A DNA stretch of 63,988 bases, the filler included, from Collodictyon triciliatum (taxonomy: Eukaryota), in NCBI GenBank assembly GCA_043381765.1. It is 6 parts of 6 records of this genome, joined end to end, with 100 filler letters (N's around TTAATTAATTAA, not from the genome) between each part and the next. Parts side by side here need not be neighbours in the genome. Positions count along the whole stretch, not along the records: positions 32,373 to 43,052 come from JBHJMP010002598.1; positions 43,153 to 53,887 come from JBHJMP010002599.1; 4 more parts are not named here. The stretch is one strand, 5' to 3'. Position numbers and translations under genes: made by a program. Below the pieces are notes generated by a model, which was not told the origin of the DNA, searched no databases, and was given only the letters and a program-made list of their open reading frames with translations. This document shows, one piece after another, positions 36,978-51,047 of the stretch. Positions within the stretch are counted from its first letter, which is position 1. Each line of letters begins with the position of its first letter.

Positions 36978-37300
36978 GAAAAAAAAAGAGAAAAAAAGAG
37001 AAAAAAAGAGAAAAAAAGAGAAAAAAAGAGAAAAAGAGAAAAAAAGGGAAAAAGGGAAAAAGGGAAAAAGGGAAAAAGGGAAAAAGGGAAAAAAGAGAAA
37101 AAAAGAGAAAAAAGATAAATTAAAAAAAGAGAAAAAAAGAGAAAAAAAGAGAAAAAAAGAGAAAAAAAGAGAAAAAAAGAGAAAAAAAGAGAAAAAAAGA
37201 GAAAAAAAGAGAAAAAAGAGAAAAAAGAGAAAAAAGAGAAAAAAGAGAAAAAAGAGAAAAAAGAGAAAAAAGAGAAAAAAGAGAAAAAAGAGAAAAAAAG
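36978..37300. repeat. Purine-rich (AAAAAAAGAG/AAAAGGG)n tract
   Basis: Seen directly. Confidence 0.95.
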
Positions 37301-37696
37301 ACAAATGACCAAAGATAAAAGAGCCGAGCTGTGTCAGTCAGGTTACTGAGTTACCTCCACAAGAGATTAAAAGAGGGGGCTGAGAGAAAACAAATATGAA
37401 AAACATGAATTGCAAAAAGAATAAAATACAAACAGAACAAAGTTGCTTGAAAGGGACAATCCGATGTAAAAGTAGATTCGAACACTCTATTTTCCATAAA
37501 AACCAGGAGAATATATTTCTGCCACACCGCCAAACCTGAAACGCCCGTCTTGGGACACAGATCAAGCTGATGCGTGGAAAGCCATCCCCTTAGATGCATA
37601 TATTTGTTCCTGTCTCGCCGTGAGGCCTGCGCACAGAGCGGAAGCAAAGCTCTTGCAACAGAGGATCTAATAATGACAGCAACTACATTCGCATTA

Positions 37697-37766
<70 letters not shown>
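37697..37766. repeat. (ATATGT)n repeat
   Basis: Seen directly. Confidence 0.95.
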
Positions 37767-37869
37767 ATATAAGTATGTATGAATAAATCATTTTCCTTGA
37801 TGGCCCTCGCCAACATTTCTTGTAGACGCCCTTCCTTTCGCACGCAGTTGCGACTCTCGGTGTCGGGAC

Positions 37870-40135
37870 ATGGTTGATGTGACGCCTCTCGAAGCAAGTT
37901 CTTCAAATCTGCTTGTGTCACGACCAGCAGCGGATGTGAACCCACGCCCACATTCGCAGTCCTTTCTGCCCACTTTCCCTCTGAATCTGCAGTTTGACGA
38001 ACGCCTGCAAGTTTGTCTCTTTTCCTTATTTTTTACCAGCATCGCTATAAAAGGATGGTTAATACCAAACAACTTCCCAACGCCTCTCTTGCAAAAATCT
38101 CTTCCACACAAGCAATATACTTTGTTTTTTTATTTATTTATTTATCTTTGCACATAAATGGGTCTTTTAATAGGCATTATGTTTCGAATGAATTGTTAAG
38201 TTATGATCCCTTCTAGTGGAATTACAAAACTAGAATAACCCCAATGTAAATGGGGAAGTTGAAAAATAATAATAGCTATCACCTACTGTAAAAAAAATCG
38301 CTATTAACTGATAATAGGATTTTAACAAAACAACATCATCGAATGTGCCCCTCTTTTTGATTGAGAATATACTTGGATGCAGCATTACCCGTGGACACAT
38401 GATTGTGGATGTATCTCGTTTACCAAAAATGCATAATACTGAGGAAAAATGCAAACAGACCTGTATGGCTTTAAAGCAGGTTTAAATAGCTTTACGGATT
38501 AGAAAAACTAAAGAAGGAAAACTACGGAATACAATTATATGTTTACTGTAATCATGTATCGAAATTATGAATGGTATACGATATTTTTTTCCAGAATTAT
38601 ACGAGAACCATGTTTACACTGCCTTTCGTTCATTCATTAATTTATTCCAGGCTATTACCCACCTTCTCGGGGGTTCATGTGCTGTAATCGAAATCGACAA
38701 GGAAACCTCTCTGGATGAATTTTATGCGGATATTCTTGTGGATCCGAACGCTACAAATCCCGGAAAGGTTGCTTCCTCCCCAACACCAGAAAACAACAGC
38801 GAGGCAAGTTCACGACGCAACTCGGTTCGTCGCCATGCAGCGAGAGACTCTTCCCAATCTGTTCAGAACATTTTACAAGGAGAACTTGCGCAGTCATCCA
38901 ATGCATTGCTTCGTAGCCAACGGGCCTCCTTAACTCATAAGCAAGGTGGATTGAACCCCCACGTTCTTGATAGGCTGTTGTCTTCACGCCAGCAAGCATC
39001 ACACTCTAACTCTATGAGAATCAGCATGTCATCCATGCATTTTAAAGGCTCAGGATACCCGGCTATCAACCTGAACTACATAATCGTGCAAAATATGCAC
39101 CTTGCATCAGAGATGGTGCAGGATGCGATAACAAAGGTACTTTTCATAGACACGTGTTCCTATTTTACCGTAGTAATGGTATCATTTTTTTTTGTTTGCG
39201 TATTCCAAAAAAATGAAGGAAATGCGTGAAAGAGGATGTTGTCTTACACTTTGATGGCATTTAAATTTTTCATGAATGCAACCAGCTGTGCGAAAACAAT
39301 TGCATGGTAGACGGATCTGCAATTCACATCGCTCCAATATTCGTCATTATTGTCGTACTTGGCGGAAAAGAAAAGAAGCATATATCTCTGACGTTTAATC
39401 ACCAAGTGGTATATTTTCTACAAACTATGCATTCAATTTTCATTGGTAATTGCACTTTAGTTGATATATGATATTGAGCTATCGCGGGCGTTGTCAAGAC
39501 ATTCTTCAGCAATCGAAATGATTATTTTCGCATTGAACGGATGTCACCTGATATCTAGATACAAAATTTTCAAACCTGTTGCGTCCTGGATTCCTATGTT
39601 ACGTTCAATACACCCTCACATCCGGCACCTATAATATCATCCAGAGTAAGGATTCCGAGTTATATTTACATATTGTTGGTGATGTGAGCATATGATTTAT
39701 CCAGTCTCCGTAAAAACATACTAATTGTACTCCAGGTGGTGTCGGAGCTAAAGCATTTGCTCGCTAAAGTGCATGTCGAAGAAAGCCTACGAAGAGTATG
39801 CGCGCTTTCTAACATATGATATGTCTTTCAAAAAAAATGCGATGTTCTGCAGGCGCATAGTGCCTTCTGATTTACAGTTTTAATATGAGTTGGTCATACA
39901 TAATAATTAATTTAATAATCTCATATGAAGTATATTCGTGACATCATCACGATGCTGAGAAACCATCCTAACGTGTCTAAGGGCCCCAACACTCAATGTG
40001 CTCAACGAATTGAAAACCATTGCAGGCAAGTTTTTGGTTCTTGGCCTTTTATATATATATATATATATATGTATTATCAACTATTAGTATTAGCATTAGT
40101 ATTATTAGTATTAGCATTAGTATTATTAGTATTAG

Positions 40136-40228
<93 letters not shown>

Positions 40229-40587
40229 CATTATTATTATCATTATTATTATCATTATTTGTCAAACGAAGGAATTTAACAATAATATTATCTCTGGGGT
40301 AAATAGGGCCATGGCTCTCATTTATGGTTCTGACTTTGTTACTCCAGACCTGGTTCTAAATTTTGTTGTGCCAATGTTGGTGCACCAGATCCAAACAATA
40401 AGTCAAACAGGGGCCCACATATCATCGAATAGACTGGTATTTTAAAAAAAAATCAAAAAAAAAACCACAAGATGAATTTCGATTGCACTGCAGATTAATT
40501 TTTCAGTTTATAATGAAGAAATTCACATAATAAAACCCACGTTCATAGGTATCTGAAGTGACTAGATTAGTACATGCGCCATTGTGA
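37870..40587 (+). CDS. MoxR/ChlI-like AAA+ protein with degenerate Walker motifs (9 exons)
   Basis: C-terminal KVHVEESLRR/YIRDIITMLRNHPNVSKGPN...R/AMALIYGSDFVTPDLV...PMLVHQI follows the MoxR lid pattern. GHMIVD and NYIIVQNMHLASEMVQDAI occupy the Walker A and B positions. Confidence 0.65.
40082..40258. repeat. (TTA)n-type trinucleotide tract in a GC-AG intron
   Basis: Seen directly. Confidence 0.95.
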
Positions 40588-41271
40588 CTCTTAATATATC
40601 TATTATATTCGCCTCTTTCAATTTCAACGTGGTTTATCTATTAAATAAAAAAAAAATCCTTGTGAAGCGAATTCAACCATCTTCAATCTTTTTCTATTCT
40701 ATCTGGGTACCCATCGTCATCGCTTTTTATCATATTTGTTGTTCCTTTTACCTTCACCTTTGCTGCCATCACTATTGTCAGGGTTAAGCAAGAGCGCCAG
40801 CCTAATGTCAGAATATTTAATATTCCACATATGTATAATTGATGATACGCAGTGTTTCGCCTCAACAAGACGGATTCATTGAAATGTTAGAGCTTATATC
40901 CACACAACACCGTTTGTTTTCCTTTTGGCCAAGTGTGACATTCGCCGATGACAGCACGTCTGCACAACGCACCCGATAAAACTAAGATAAGAAAGCGCCC
41001 GACTTTCGAGACACGCAGCCACCCATTGGCGCGATCACTTTATCCTTGGCAAATGAACACGGGTCATCGACTGAAATTTCAGACGCCCTCACACGCCTGG
41101 CTGCTGAATCGATTAGTGTTGTCTTTGTGAAGAGGAGGAAATGTCTATGCTACAAATGAATACCTAGAAGATGGTTTGTTCTTTTCCCTCAATTGTAATG
41201 ATTGTAAACTTTTTAAAAGAGAAAAGGGAAAGAAGAAGAAGAAGAAGAAAAATAAGGCGAGCCTCTGGGAA

Positions 41272-42246
41272 ATGAAGACATACAAAATCGTCGTGGTTGG
41301 AGCTGGTGGTGTTGGCAAAAGTGCGCTCACTGTGCAGTTTGTGCAAGGCTTGTTTGTTGAAAAGGTAACTGTGTTTTTCTTTTCTTTTCTTTGCTGTTTG
41401 ACATAGTGCAGCGCAACTTCAATAAAAAAAAATATATAATTTATTTTCCCGTAACACACGCCAGTACGACCCTACAATCGAAGACAGCTATCGCAAGCAA
41501 GTGGACATCGATGGTGAAGCCAGCATGCTTGAAATCCTTGACACGGCCGGGCAGGTTTGCAATAGTGCTGTGACTGTCTTAGAATTGAATGACAGTGACA
41601 ATAAGAATAGCGAGACCTTTCTTCACAGACAATATCTGTCCTTATTAATCCAAATCAAAAGTGTGCATGTCTTCTCTTGTTATTTCTGTATTGCAACAAG
41701 GGATACAGACTTCAACAAAGGAATAACTGTGTAATGTCAGGAAGAGCTAACTGCGATGCGAGACCAGTATATGCGAAGCGGACAAGGCTTCATCCTTGTC
41801 TACAGCATCACATCCACATCGTCCTTCAATGATGTCGCCGACCTCCGCAACCAAATCTGCCGCGTGAAAGACTCTGATAATGTATAAATCTGACTATGAG
41901 CGGCAATTATCATATTCACACTATTCAATATTAGAAAATAAATGAAAACAGATGAGGTGATGCACTTGACTGTTTTTTTTCCCCCCTCATTTCAATATTA
42001 TAATTTCAACATCTTTATTAGGTTCCGATTGTGATTGTGGGAAACAAGTGCGACCTAGAAGGTGACCGCCAGGTCACTGCTGACAAAGGACGCACATTGG
42101 CAAACCAGTTCAAGTGTCCGTTCCTTGAGGCATCCGCAAAGAACCGCGTGAATGTCAACGAAGCGTTTATCGAAATCGTGCGAGAGGTGAGCGACTCTGC
42201 GCCAAAGAGCGACAAGAAGGACAAGAAAGGATGCGTTGTGTGCTGA
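41272..42246 (+). CDS. Ras-family small GTPase, Rap-like (4 exons)
   Basis: [44 protein letters not shown]...[23 protein letters not shown].../VGNKCDL...EASAK...KKGCVVC*. Confidence 0.95.
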
Positions 42247-42916
42247 AAAGAGTTAAAATGCTCTATCGATTTGAAAAAAAAAACTTTGAAAAGAAGATCC
42301 TGACAGCAGAACATACCCACGTGCAAAGAAGACGGCCAAAGTAATAAAATAAAAAAACTCCCTGCTTATACTTTCCTTATCTTTCCTCTTTCATTTGCTC
42401 TTCCTGTGAGAGGGCTCAAAAAATTATAAGGTTTTTATTCTCCTACATTCGATTCAAAATAGGACTAGAAAAAAAAAAAAGAATAGAAGAAAGTTGTGAA
42501 GAGATAAAATAAACCAAAAAAGTGAGAAGCGAGAGAACAGTTACCTGTCCACCAAAGGTACCAAGAGTAAGCACCCCGCGTAAATGATACATGTACCGAT
42601 GAATAAAACACTTTTTTTTTTTTTTTTTTTTATTAATAGTGCCTTGTTTTTGTTGGGTTTGCATTTTGGTAGCAATTATACTGAGAAAGAAAGTCTTTCA
42701 CTGGCGGAGTGGGAAAAAAAAAAGGGGGAGAGAGGGGTAAAAATGAAGAAAAATGATATAAGATGGTTTTCAAGTCATCATTTTCAGAATCTGAATCGAT
42801 ATTTCAGTGGCATTTCATCCGAGCCTTTCCAGTAATAGTGCCGTATTGTCCCAAGATTCATGGACGGTTCCAGCACCTAGTTAAATTAAAAATATATTTT
42901 TATATACCTCATCTCG

Positions 42917-43020
<104 letters not shown>

Positions 43021-43052
43021 GCGTGTTTTTTTTTTAAGTTATCATTTTTGGC

Positions 43053-43152
43053 NNNNNNNNNNNNNNNNNNNNNNNNNNNNNNNNNNNNNNNNNNNNTTAA
43101 TTAATTAANNNNNNNNNNNNNNNNNNNNNNNNNNNNNNNNNNNNNNNNNNNN
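43053..43152. other. Artificial scaffold spacer
   Basis: 44N-TTAATTAATTAA-44N. Confidence 0.97.
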
Positions 43153-43163
43153 AGAAAAAACAC

Positions 43164-43227
<64 letters not shown>

Positions 43228-43331
43228 GGAAGAACCGAGGAGGGCTTATTACATGCAAATTATATGAAAAATAAAAAAATCATCCCGCTTTATATAAAGC
43301 AAATAATACCTGCCAAAAAAACTGAATATTA

Positions 43332-46300
43332 TTATATAGGAAACAAACAAAACTCAAACTTGAATGATTGCAGAGGCATGACGATTCGTGATATCAGTGA
43401 TTCACAAAAGGCAGCAGTGAAACCTTGGCCTTCATGAAATGAAAAATTTTCTGTGAAGAAATACCGGGCGGTTTTCAACTATTACATTTGTAATTATCAC
43501 CATTATTATATATATATATATAAAACATACTCGATTTACATAACGCTATCGACAAGTCTACAAGCTCTTCATTTCTTGCAATTATTGCTGGGTCGACAAA
43601 TGTTGAATTTATCTCACGAACAGAGGATGCGGTGGAAGACTCGGTTCGTGGAGAGAGGCATTGCATAAGATTCTCAAATCCAGATGCATCATTCCTTATT
43701 TTTAGACGAATATTATGTCTCAAAATTTGATTGGCACAAGGACATGGGCTTCTAGATGTATAGTCGTCGATGGTGGGATATGTGGCGGGAAGGTTCGTCC
43801 CACGCACAGGTATTCCTCCAGTGGGTCTAAAGAGAGAATCAACTGTCTCAGAAAACCAGTAATCCATTATCAAATTAGAAAGGGGCCTGCTAACGATGCC
43901 TAACTCGCAGATACGAACCACTAACCAAAAATAATGATAATAATTATAATTAGAACGAATATTAATGTCATCATTTTTATGGGCAGATGAGAACAATCGA
44001 AGAAAATGATAAATTAATAACTAATCATTTTCATTCTTGAAAGGTATATTTAAAGCATCATACATATTTCTCTAGATATTTCTAAAAGCAAGAGAGTCTC
44101 TTCAGGTTTCTCATGAAGTAAGTCTTTTCCAATGAATTGTGTGTAGCAGTTGAATAGAATTTCGCACATCTTGCTAAAGAAGTCGATATCAGAACAGTCT
44201 GCGCGCCTAGTTAAATAGGTGTTGATGAACTGCAGTAGCACATATGCGATGCTCCAGTTATTTGTATGAAATACGTATTCTGCCCACAACAGAAGCTTTG
44301 GTTGGATGGATTCCATTAGATGCCTAAATATGTGTAAAAATCACAATTTTTTTTCGAAATAACTCTGTGAATATCTTTGGGAGAATGCCAAGAAGTAATT
44401 AGAAATAGGGAATTAAATGGTGTAATTATTTTCTCTATAACCTTGTCATGTGCGATGATGTTTCGCACACATATTTTTGGAGAAATTTAATCTCATTTAC
44501 AAATATACTCGGGGTTGTGTTCATTGATTCAGTCAAGAGGCCAAAGAGTACACTACAATTCAAATGTTGTTGTTTTTTAAATAAAAAAGAAATTAAAATA
44601 ATGTGATGGTAAGCTGACAATATCTATAGAGGGATATATATACTATACTATAATATCCAAATAAAACCTTAATGTCGATTTATCTCTTGATGAAAACGAG
44701 TCAACAAGTTTGTCAAAATGAAACAATGCCGATTCATCAAAGCCTGTGTGCTGTGCAAAAGAAACCAGAATGCGAGCTCTCTCTGTTGGCTCTATTGAAA
44801 AGCTTAGAAATTCTATCAACGGCAATGAATAACTCGGAATATCTTTGTCCTTCGATAGTTCGGATGAATAAAAACAAATATCCTCGACTAAAGATTGAAT
44901 AATAAATGGAATGCTAGGTGTGTTTGACCCTATTGATTCGGAGGATTGGCGAAAGGCAAACAAGTCTCCATTTAATATCTGTTATAGATACATCAACGAT
45001 AAGTGTTTGAAGTGGCGCATATTTTTGGTTATTCATGGGGTTTTGTTGGTATTGATTTATGAAGTTTTTTTTTTTACAGAGGGCCATATTAAAGTGAAAA
45101 TACTATTGATAATATTGATACTTATAAGGATTACCTTTGGATAAACAAGGTTCATGACAGTGAAAATCTGATTCAAAAATAGCTTGTTGTCTACTCTGTC
45201 AAGTACTTGCCTCAAGTTGATGTATAATAAAAGAAATTCAACAACCACTTGTGACATATCCCTCTGAAGGATGATTTCTAACCAAGCTGTTAACACATTG
45301 GTGGAAAAGGGATATGTGTCTATTACGTTCAGTATATCTCCTGACACAGGTCTAGGCAAATCCACGAGAATTTTAGAGAATTGTTGCCGGGTTTCACTAG
45401 AATATATAGACTCCATTCTATCTATGACTTTGTTCTCCCGAATATACCGAAGGCTTATCTTCAAAACTGCTGGGCAAAAGTAACACAATCCAAGGATAGC
45501 TTGAAGCAAAAAACGGCCTATCGAAAAATCGGTATACATAAAATATCAATAATATCATGGTTTTGATCTACAAATTTTTCTTAAAGAAACGCAAAAAATA
45601 TTGTTATATATTTATATCGAAAATTCAATTCACCAAATAAATCTGCAGGGTCCAAGGAATGTAGAGAATCAATATATCTTTCTATTAAAGTGTGCGTAAT
45701 CAATTCTATGTCGTATGGTGATGTCTGGAGTGCGGTGCTACAAATGGAAGAAAGGACTTTGATGGATGCTGGATGAACGAGTAGTGCGTCGGTTGACACG
45801 ATGTGATTCTTGGATTCACATAAGTAATTAATCAGCTCAGCTACTTTTGGAGGAGATTTTGGATGAATGCAAAGACAAATGAGTTGATAATATGCAGTTG
45901 GGATAAAGTAGGCTGGAAGGCGTTCGAATAGACAGTTTAGCATCCACGAAGGGGTTCTGGGTAAAATACATAATCACTAAGGGATAAATGAAGGCTTATA
46001 ATGTCAAAGAAATTCACATATTCAGATAGAGAAGAGTAAGGAAAGTCTATTAATCTCACGGTGAATTTTTTTTCCCGTCAAATTCTAATATTTCCTATGA
46101 TAAAATAGTGGAATAAATGTTAGCAGCCAAAGCCTCCTGAGATGGACCAAAAATCTTTTTAAAATAAAAACCAATACGTTAAACTTTTCTAAATTACAAT
46201 CATGTAGCTAATCAAGAACACCTTCTGATAGATGAAAAGACAAAACCTGAGTTACTAGGACGAACATATTTATATTTGTCGAAGTTGTTAGAGGCAAAAC

Positions 46301-47419
46301 TGAACTTTTTAGAGTCTGAGAAGGTGGTGCCTACCAAATAAGTGATTCAGACATGAAATTTTGTTACTTTGAAACCTGGAAGCATTTAATACTTACAGGG
46401 TACAGGTTAATAGAGGTCAGGAGACACTCCTCCAATATGTCCAGAAGTAGATTCGCAAGTGGTAATACCGACAGAGCCCTTCCAAAATCTTTCGGATGAA
46501 GGGCTTCTCTTTTATCTATATCTATATTGTTTTGTTTTTTTTTCAAAAATAGAATGTGAAGCATCCACAAGTGTTTTATTATAAAAGAAAAAAGAAGAGG
46601 CTTTTAAGAAATAGGACCATTCAAATAAACAAAATATAATTCGCACATACCCAATTTTATCCTTTGCGTCTGAATAAAGTTTGCATCAAGATAAAATAAA
46701 GCCTTCAAAGCCCACTGCAGAGGAGGATGGACTTATTTTATTTTATTTCTTTTTCTTTTTCTTTTTAAAAAAAAAACATAGAACGATAGCATCCATGTAT
46801 CTCATCCAGCTGATATTATTTTGATGGTAATTTATCTTACCACACCAACCATTTCGCAAACTGTATTATTAGAGCGAATAGTCTGAGAGAGGAATTCAAA
46901 TATTTCTTCCACTATAGCCCAATCATCGCTTACTCTTTGTCCATGATAAATGCTTGCGTTTGATGACAAAGAGCGACCCGAATTGTATCCCATAGGGTTG
47001 GTTCGTGGAGGTGACTCAACTTTCCTTCTCTTGGTAGATAGATTGCCTATTTGCTGCGTCTGCAGAAAATATTAATAGTGTGAGTACTATATGAAACTGA
47101 ACTGGACTAGTGGAGAGTTGTAATAGCGGCAGGATATAATAGCATGCATCTGTGTATGCAAATAAAGGGGAAATGATGTAGCGAAGGAGCAGAAATACTG
47201 TAACGCGCCCACTGATCAGACTCAAAGAGCAATACTGACCTGCCTCTGCTCCTGTGCCTCACAGATGGCAGTTGTAAGGAAGTTCAAGAGCAATAGCTGA
47301 TCTGCAGTCGAGTCTGAGATAAACAGTCGCTTGAAGTATTGGAAAAACTCTGCAATAGGGCATCGCTCAGCGTTTTCCTCAAAAAGCAGCGCGGTGAGTG
47401 GATTCGGGAGTACATCCAT
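43332..47419 (-). CDS. Large multi-exon hypothetical protein, Leu-rich, probably helical repeat; 3' end approximate
   Basis: Chain of minus-strand ORF segments with GT-AG boundaries, from MDVLPNPLTALLFEE to ...RNEELVDLSIAL; no family recognised. Confidence 0.65.
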
Positions 47420-47719
47420 CTTTCAGGTTCTATTAAACAGGACTTTTAGTGGGAGTGAAGAAAATCAGTAACTGCAGTTTTTTTTTAAAAAAACAAAAAA
47501 CAAAAAACAAAAACAAAAAACAAAAAACAAAACAAAAAAAAAAAATCATTGAGCAGCCATCTTATCTGTCCCACAGAGAAAAGCTGGGAAAAAATGAAAA
47601 AATCATAGAGGAAAAATAAACGAACATAAGAAAAAAGAGAATAAACAAAAGATAATAGAAATAGAAGGCCTCACCATCTCAATACAACATGATGCTTAGA
47701 TGTTTTGTTTTGTTTAATT

Positions 47720-47755
<36 letters not shown>

Positions 47756-48024
47756 CTTCATTAAATAAAACACAACACGACCATGTTTTCTCAGGCCGAT
47801 GAAAAGAAAAACATAAACAAAAAACAAAAAAACAAAGAATAATTCAATAAGAAAAATCCTACACATCAAAGGAACTTTATACACATCAAGCAAAAAATCG
47901 AAGAGGACAAAAATGAAAAAAAAAAAGCAAGTGAACTCCCACACAAGAGGATCGTGTATTGTTGCCTCTGTGGAAAGCCTAGTGAAATGTATAAGTCGTG
48001 TTTTATAGCCGAGAAGCAGAGGCA

Positions 48025-48392
48025 ATGTCTCGCTTGACCCGAAGTACGTCTCCGCAACTTCGTTCTCTTCCTCCACGATCGCCGTTCCGCACACCAACGC
48101 CCGAACTAGTCAATGGTTTCACGCATCTACTTTTTTCACTTTTTTTTCACTTTTTTTTTCTTTGGTTTCTAGTTTCTTTTGTGCGACATTCAAGCCGACT
48201 CTTAGGCTTCACGTCCACACGTCTTTAGAGGCATTTTGCTTGCATCAGTCGATAATAATTCTTACAATACGACACCTGTTTAGGGCGCTTTGTATTACCC
48301 CCTGAGAGCAAGATGCGCAAATCTCTTTTTCCTGCGGTCCAACCCACTACGAAGCAAAGTAAGTTGTTTTGCTGGTATACAGTCTCGATTCT

Positions 48393-48488
<96 letters not shown>

Positions 48489-50171
48489 TTTTTAATATGA
48501 AAAATAAAAGCAAATTAAATAAATAAGCGAATGGATAAAATCAAATGTGTGTTCTTAGGCATAACCGAATCCGACGGACTTGTAGACGCGCATAGACAAA
48601 GACTAGCGCGAATTCAAGAAATATTTAAAGTTACACACGACACAACTGAGGTATACATTCGGACAGCCGTATCTCTCCTGATAATATATATGTAATAATT
48701 ACATCACCAATCGCCAGTTAAAGATACCAGATGCTGTATTGATGTTCTCAAACTTTAGGAGACCGACAAATTCAACCTGAAACAGAGTAACAGTATTCTT
48801 CGGTCCAAGAGCTGTGAGCCGAGAATTTCAAATACGAAATCAAACAACAGCAGTATCCAAGAACTGCCCACGTATTTGACAGAGAGTCACGCAAAGAAGA
48901 AAGATACCCGGTTTTCTGCGAGTGAGTCGCAATTGCCGCCGACGGGAAAGCGATCCTCCTACAAGGAATTTTCTCATCGCCAGCGCCACACAATCTTTGA
49001 TATGAATACAGGAACCACAGTTGCATCCATTAGCGAGACCCCGCTGGTTTTTATCTATTTCTTAATCATTTTAATTTCTTTATCAACAATTGCATTAACC
49101 TCGGAAATATGATAAGGACGTAATATTATGGATTTTTTTTTTCATTTACCAACTCTTAACACAACAACATATGTGTGGGGGGTTGGTTTAGTATCCAAAT
49201 CCTATGTTCCAATACGACATGGAGAAATGGCTACAAAGAAGAAAAATGGGATATGGAAGAAAATTGACGCCGGATGCAATCGCTGTCTTGGCTCGTTGTT
49301 GTTATCAATTGAATATAGGATTTGAGGGTATAGTTCTCAAAATGATTGTGTATAATACTTTTATTAAATTCGAAATTTTGGTGCGGTAAGTGATCAATTG
49401 TTGTGCCTTTTTCTAAATGCAAATTTACCTATCAAGTCATTTAGCCTCATTCCTTATCCTTGAGCATTAACATCTATATTTTCTCTAATTTTTTTCACTT
49501 TGCACTATCCAAGATGTAATCCAAAAATCACAAGCTTATTTGATTCTGGAGTAAGATAGCCATTCATTGTTTATTCTTTTACTGTAATTTTATGTTTATG
49601 CGAAGAATATCTCGTAAACAAAAAGCAGTGTGATTTCTCAAAATAACGATAATAATGAAAATGACCATGAAAATATTAGAACACGTATCTTTGTTTTATA
49701 GAGCCGTTGGATTGAAGCCTTACATACTGCTTGCAGAAGAGTCAGCCAAAAAAATCCTAGAGTCGCGCGACATCCAAAAAGAATCGCCTCTTGATCAACT
49801 GAAGTTTGATGACCTAGTAGATATCATCGACATAATGGCCAAGAAGAAAGGAGATGAGGGCAAGTCAAGCCTTTTCTCTTTTTTTTTAAAAAAAACAAAA
49901 ACAAAAACAAAAAACTATAACCATTTGAAACAAAAAAAAATCATTTATTTGATTTCTTATATCGATATCAACTCCAATTAATATGAGTAGAAAAAAAAAA
50001 CAAGAAACAACCTGTTTTCCTGAATATTCGCCATCATTATCATTATTACTATTTGCAGTGGTTAGATTGATAGTGAACTCATCTCAAAACCACCGGGTCG
50101 TGGAATTACGAGCTCTGGATTTCCATAGAAGAGATTTGATGGATCGCATAACAAAGCAATTCTCAAGCTGA
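48025..50171 (+). CDS. Multi-exon hypothetical protein
   Basis: MSRLTRSTSPQLRSLPPRSP.../...EKWLQRRKMGYGRKLTPDAIAVLAR/...KFDDLVDIID.../VVRL...DFHRRDLMDRITKQFSS*; some middle exons unresolved. Confidence 0.55.
48390..48487. repeat. (CTTT)n intronic repeat
   Basis: Seen directly. Confidence 0.95.
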
Positions 50172-50467
50172 CCCACAGTGACGCCAGGGGACCAGCTCAA
50201 AATTCTATCGATAATGTATATAAATATCCCTAGTGCTCTAGCAAGATTTCTTATAAACTACTTTAGTGGGAATTACGTTTGAATACTGTGCAAACACGGT
50301 TTTATTTTTTCTCTCTAATACACTTTCACTCCTCTTTTTTCCTTCCGCTTCAAGCAGAGTGGCCAAACTTAATTTATAATATGAAGAAATGTTGGGTTTA
50401 TGCGAGCGAGTTTAAGTGGCATAATGCTGTCTTCGACAAAACTCCATCGACGCCCAACCGCTCACTT

Positions 50468-51012
50468 CTACAGAGGTTTTATGGCCCACGCGCTATAATT
50501 GACCGCTAAGTCAAGGGCATCGAATGAGAATGAGCCATTCAAGGGATTGTAATGGACTCCAACCAGCCCCTGTTTGAAAATAAAAAGGATCAAAGAGATA
50601 TGTATGTATATGCTAAATCCAGAACGGCTTTCATCCAATTATATATATATATATATATATATAGGATTGCATTCTCTCGTTCTCAAGTTTGCATGTACGC
50701 ATATGCTTTGTTTTGATTCCTTAAAATAGTCCAGGCTAATAAACATATAACTTAATCCCGTGGTCAGACAGTGGCTCAGTACGCTTACCTTTAGTTGAAG
50801 ACCGTTCTGATTGAGGAGATAGTGCAATTCCTCCGGACGAAGGAATTTTCTCCAATCATGAGAACCTTGAGTTTTGAATATGAGTTTACTCTTTCATTAT
50901 TTCGACCAATGTGGTACATATATTTTTTTATTTCTTAGAGACGTATTAGTAACAAGAAAGAAAAGTAAGAAGAGGGTGTGTGTGTGTGTGTGTGTGTGTG
51001 TGNNNNNNNNNN

Positions 51013-51047
<35 letters not shown>

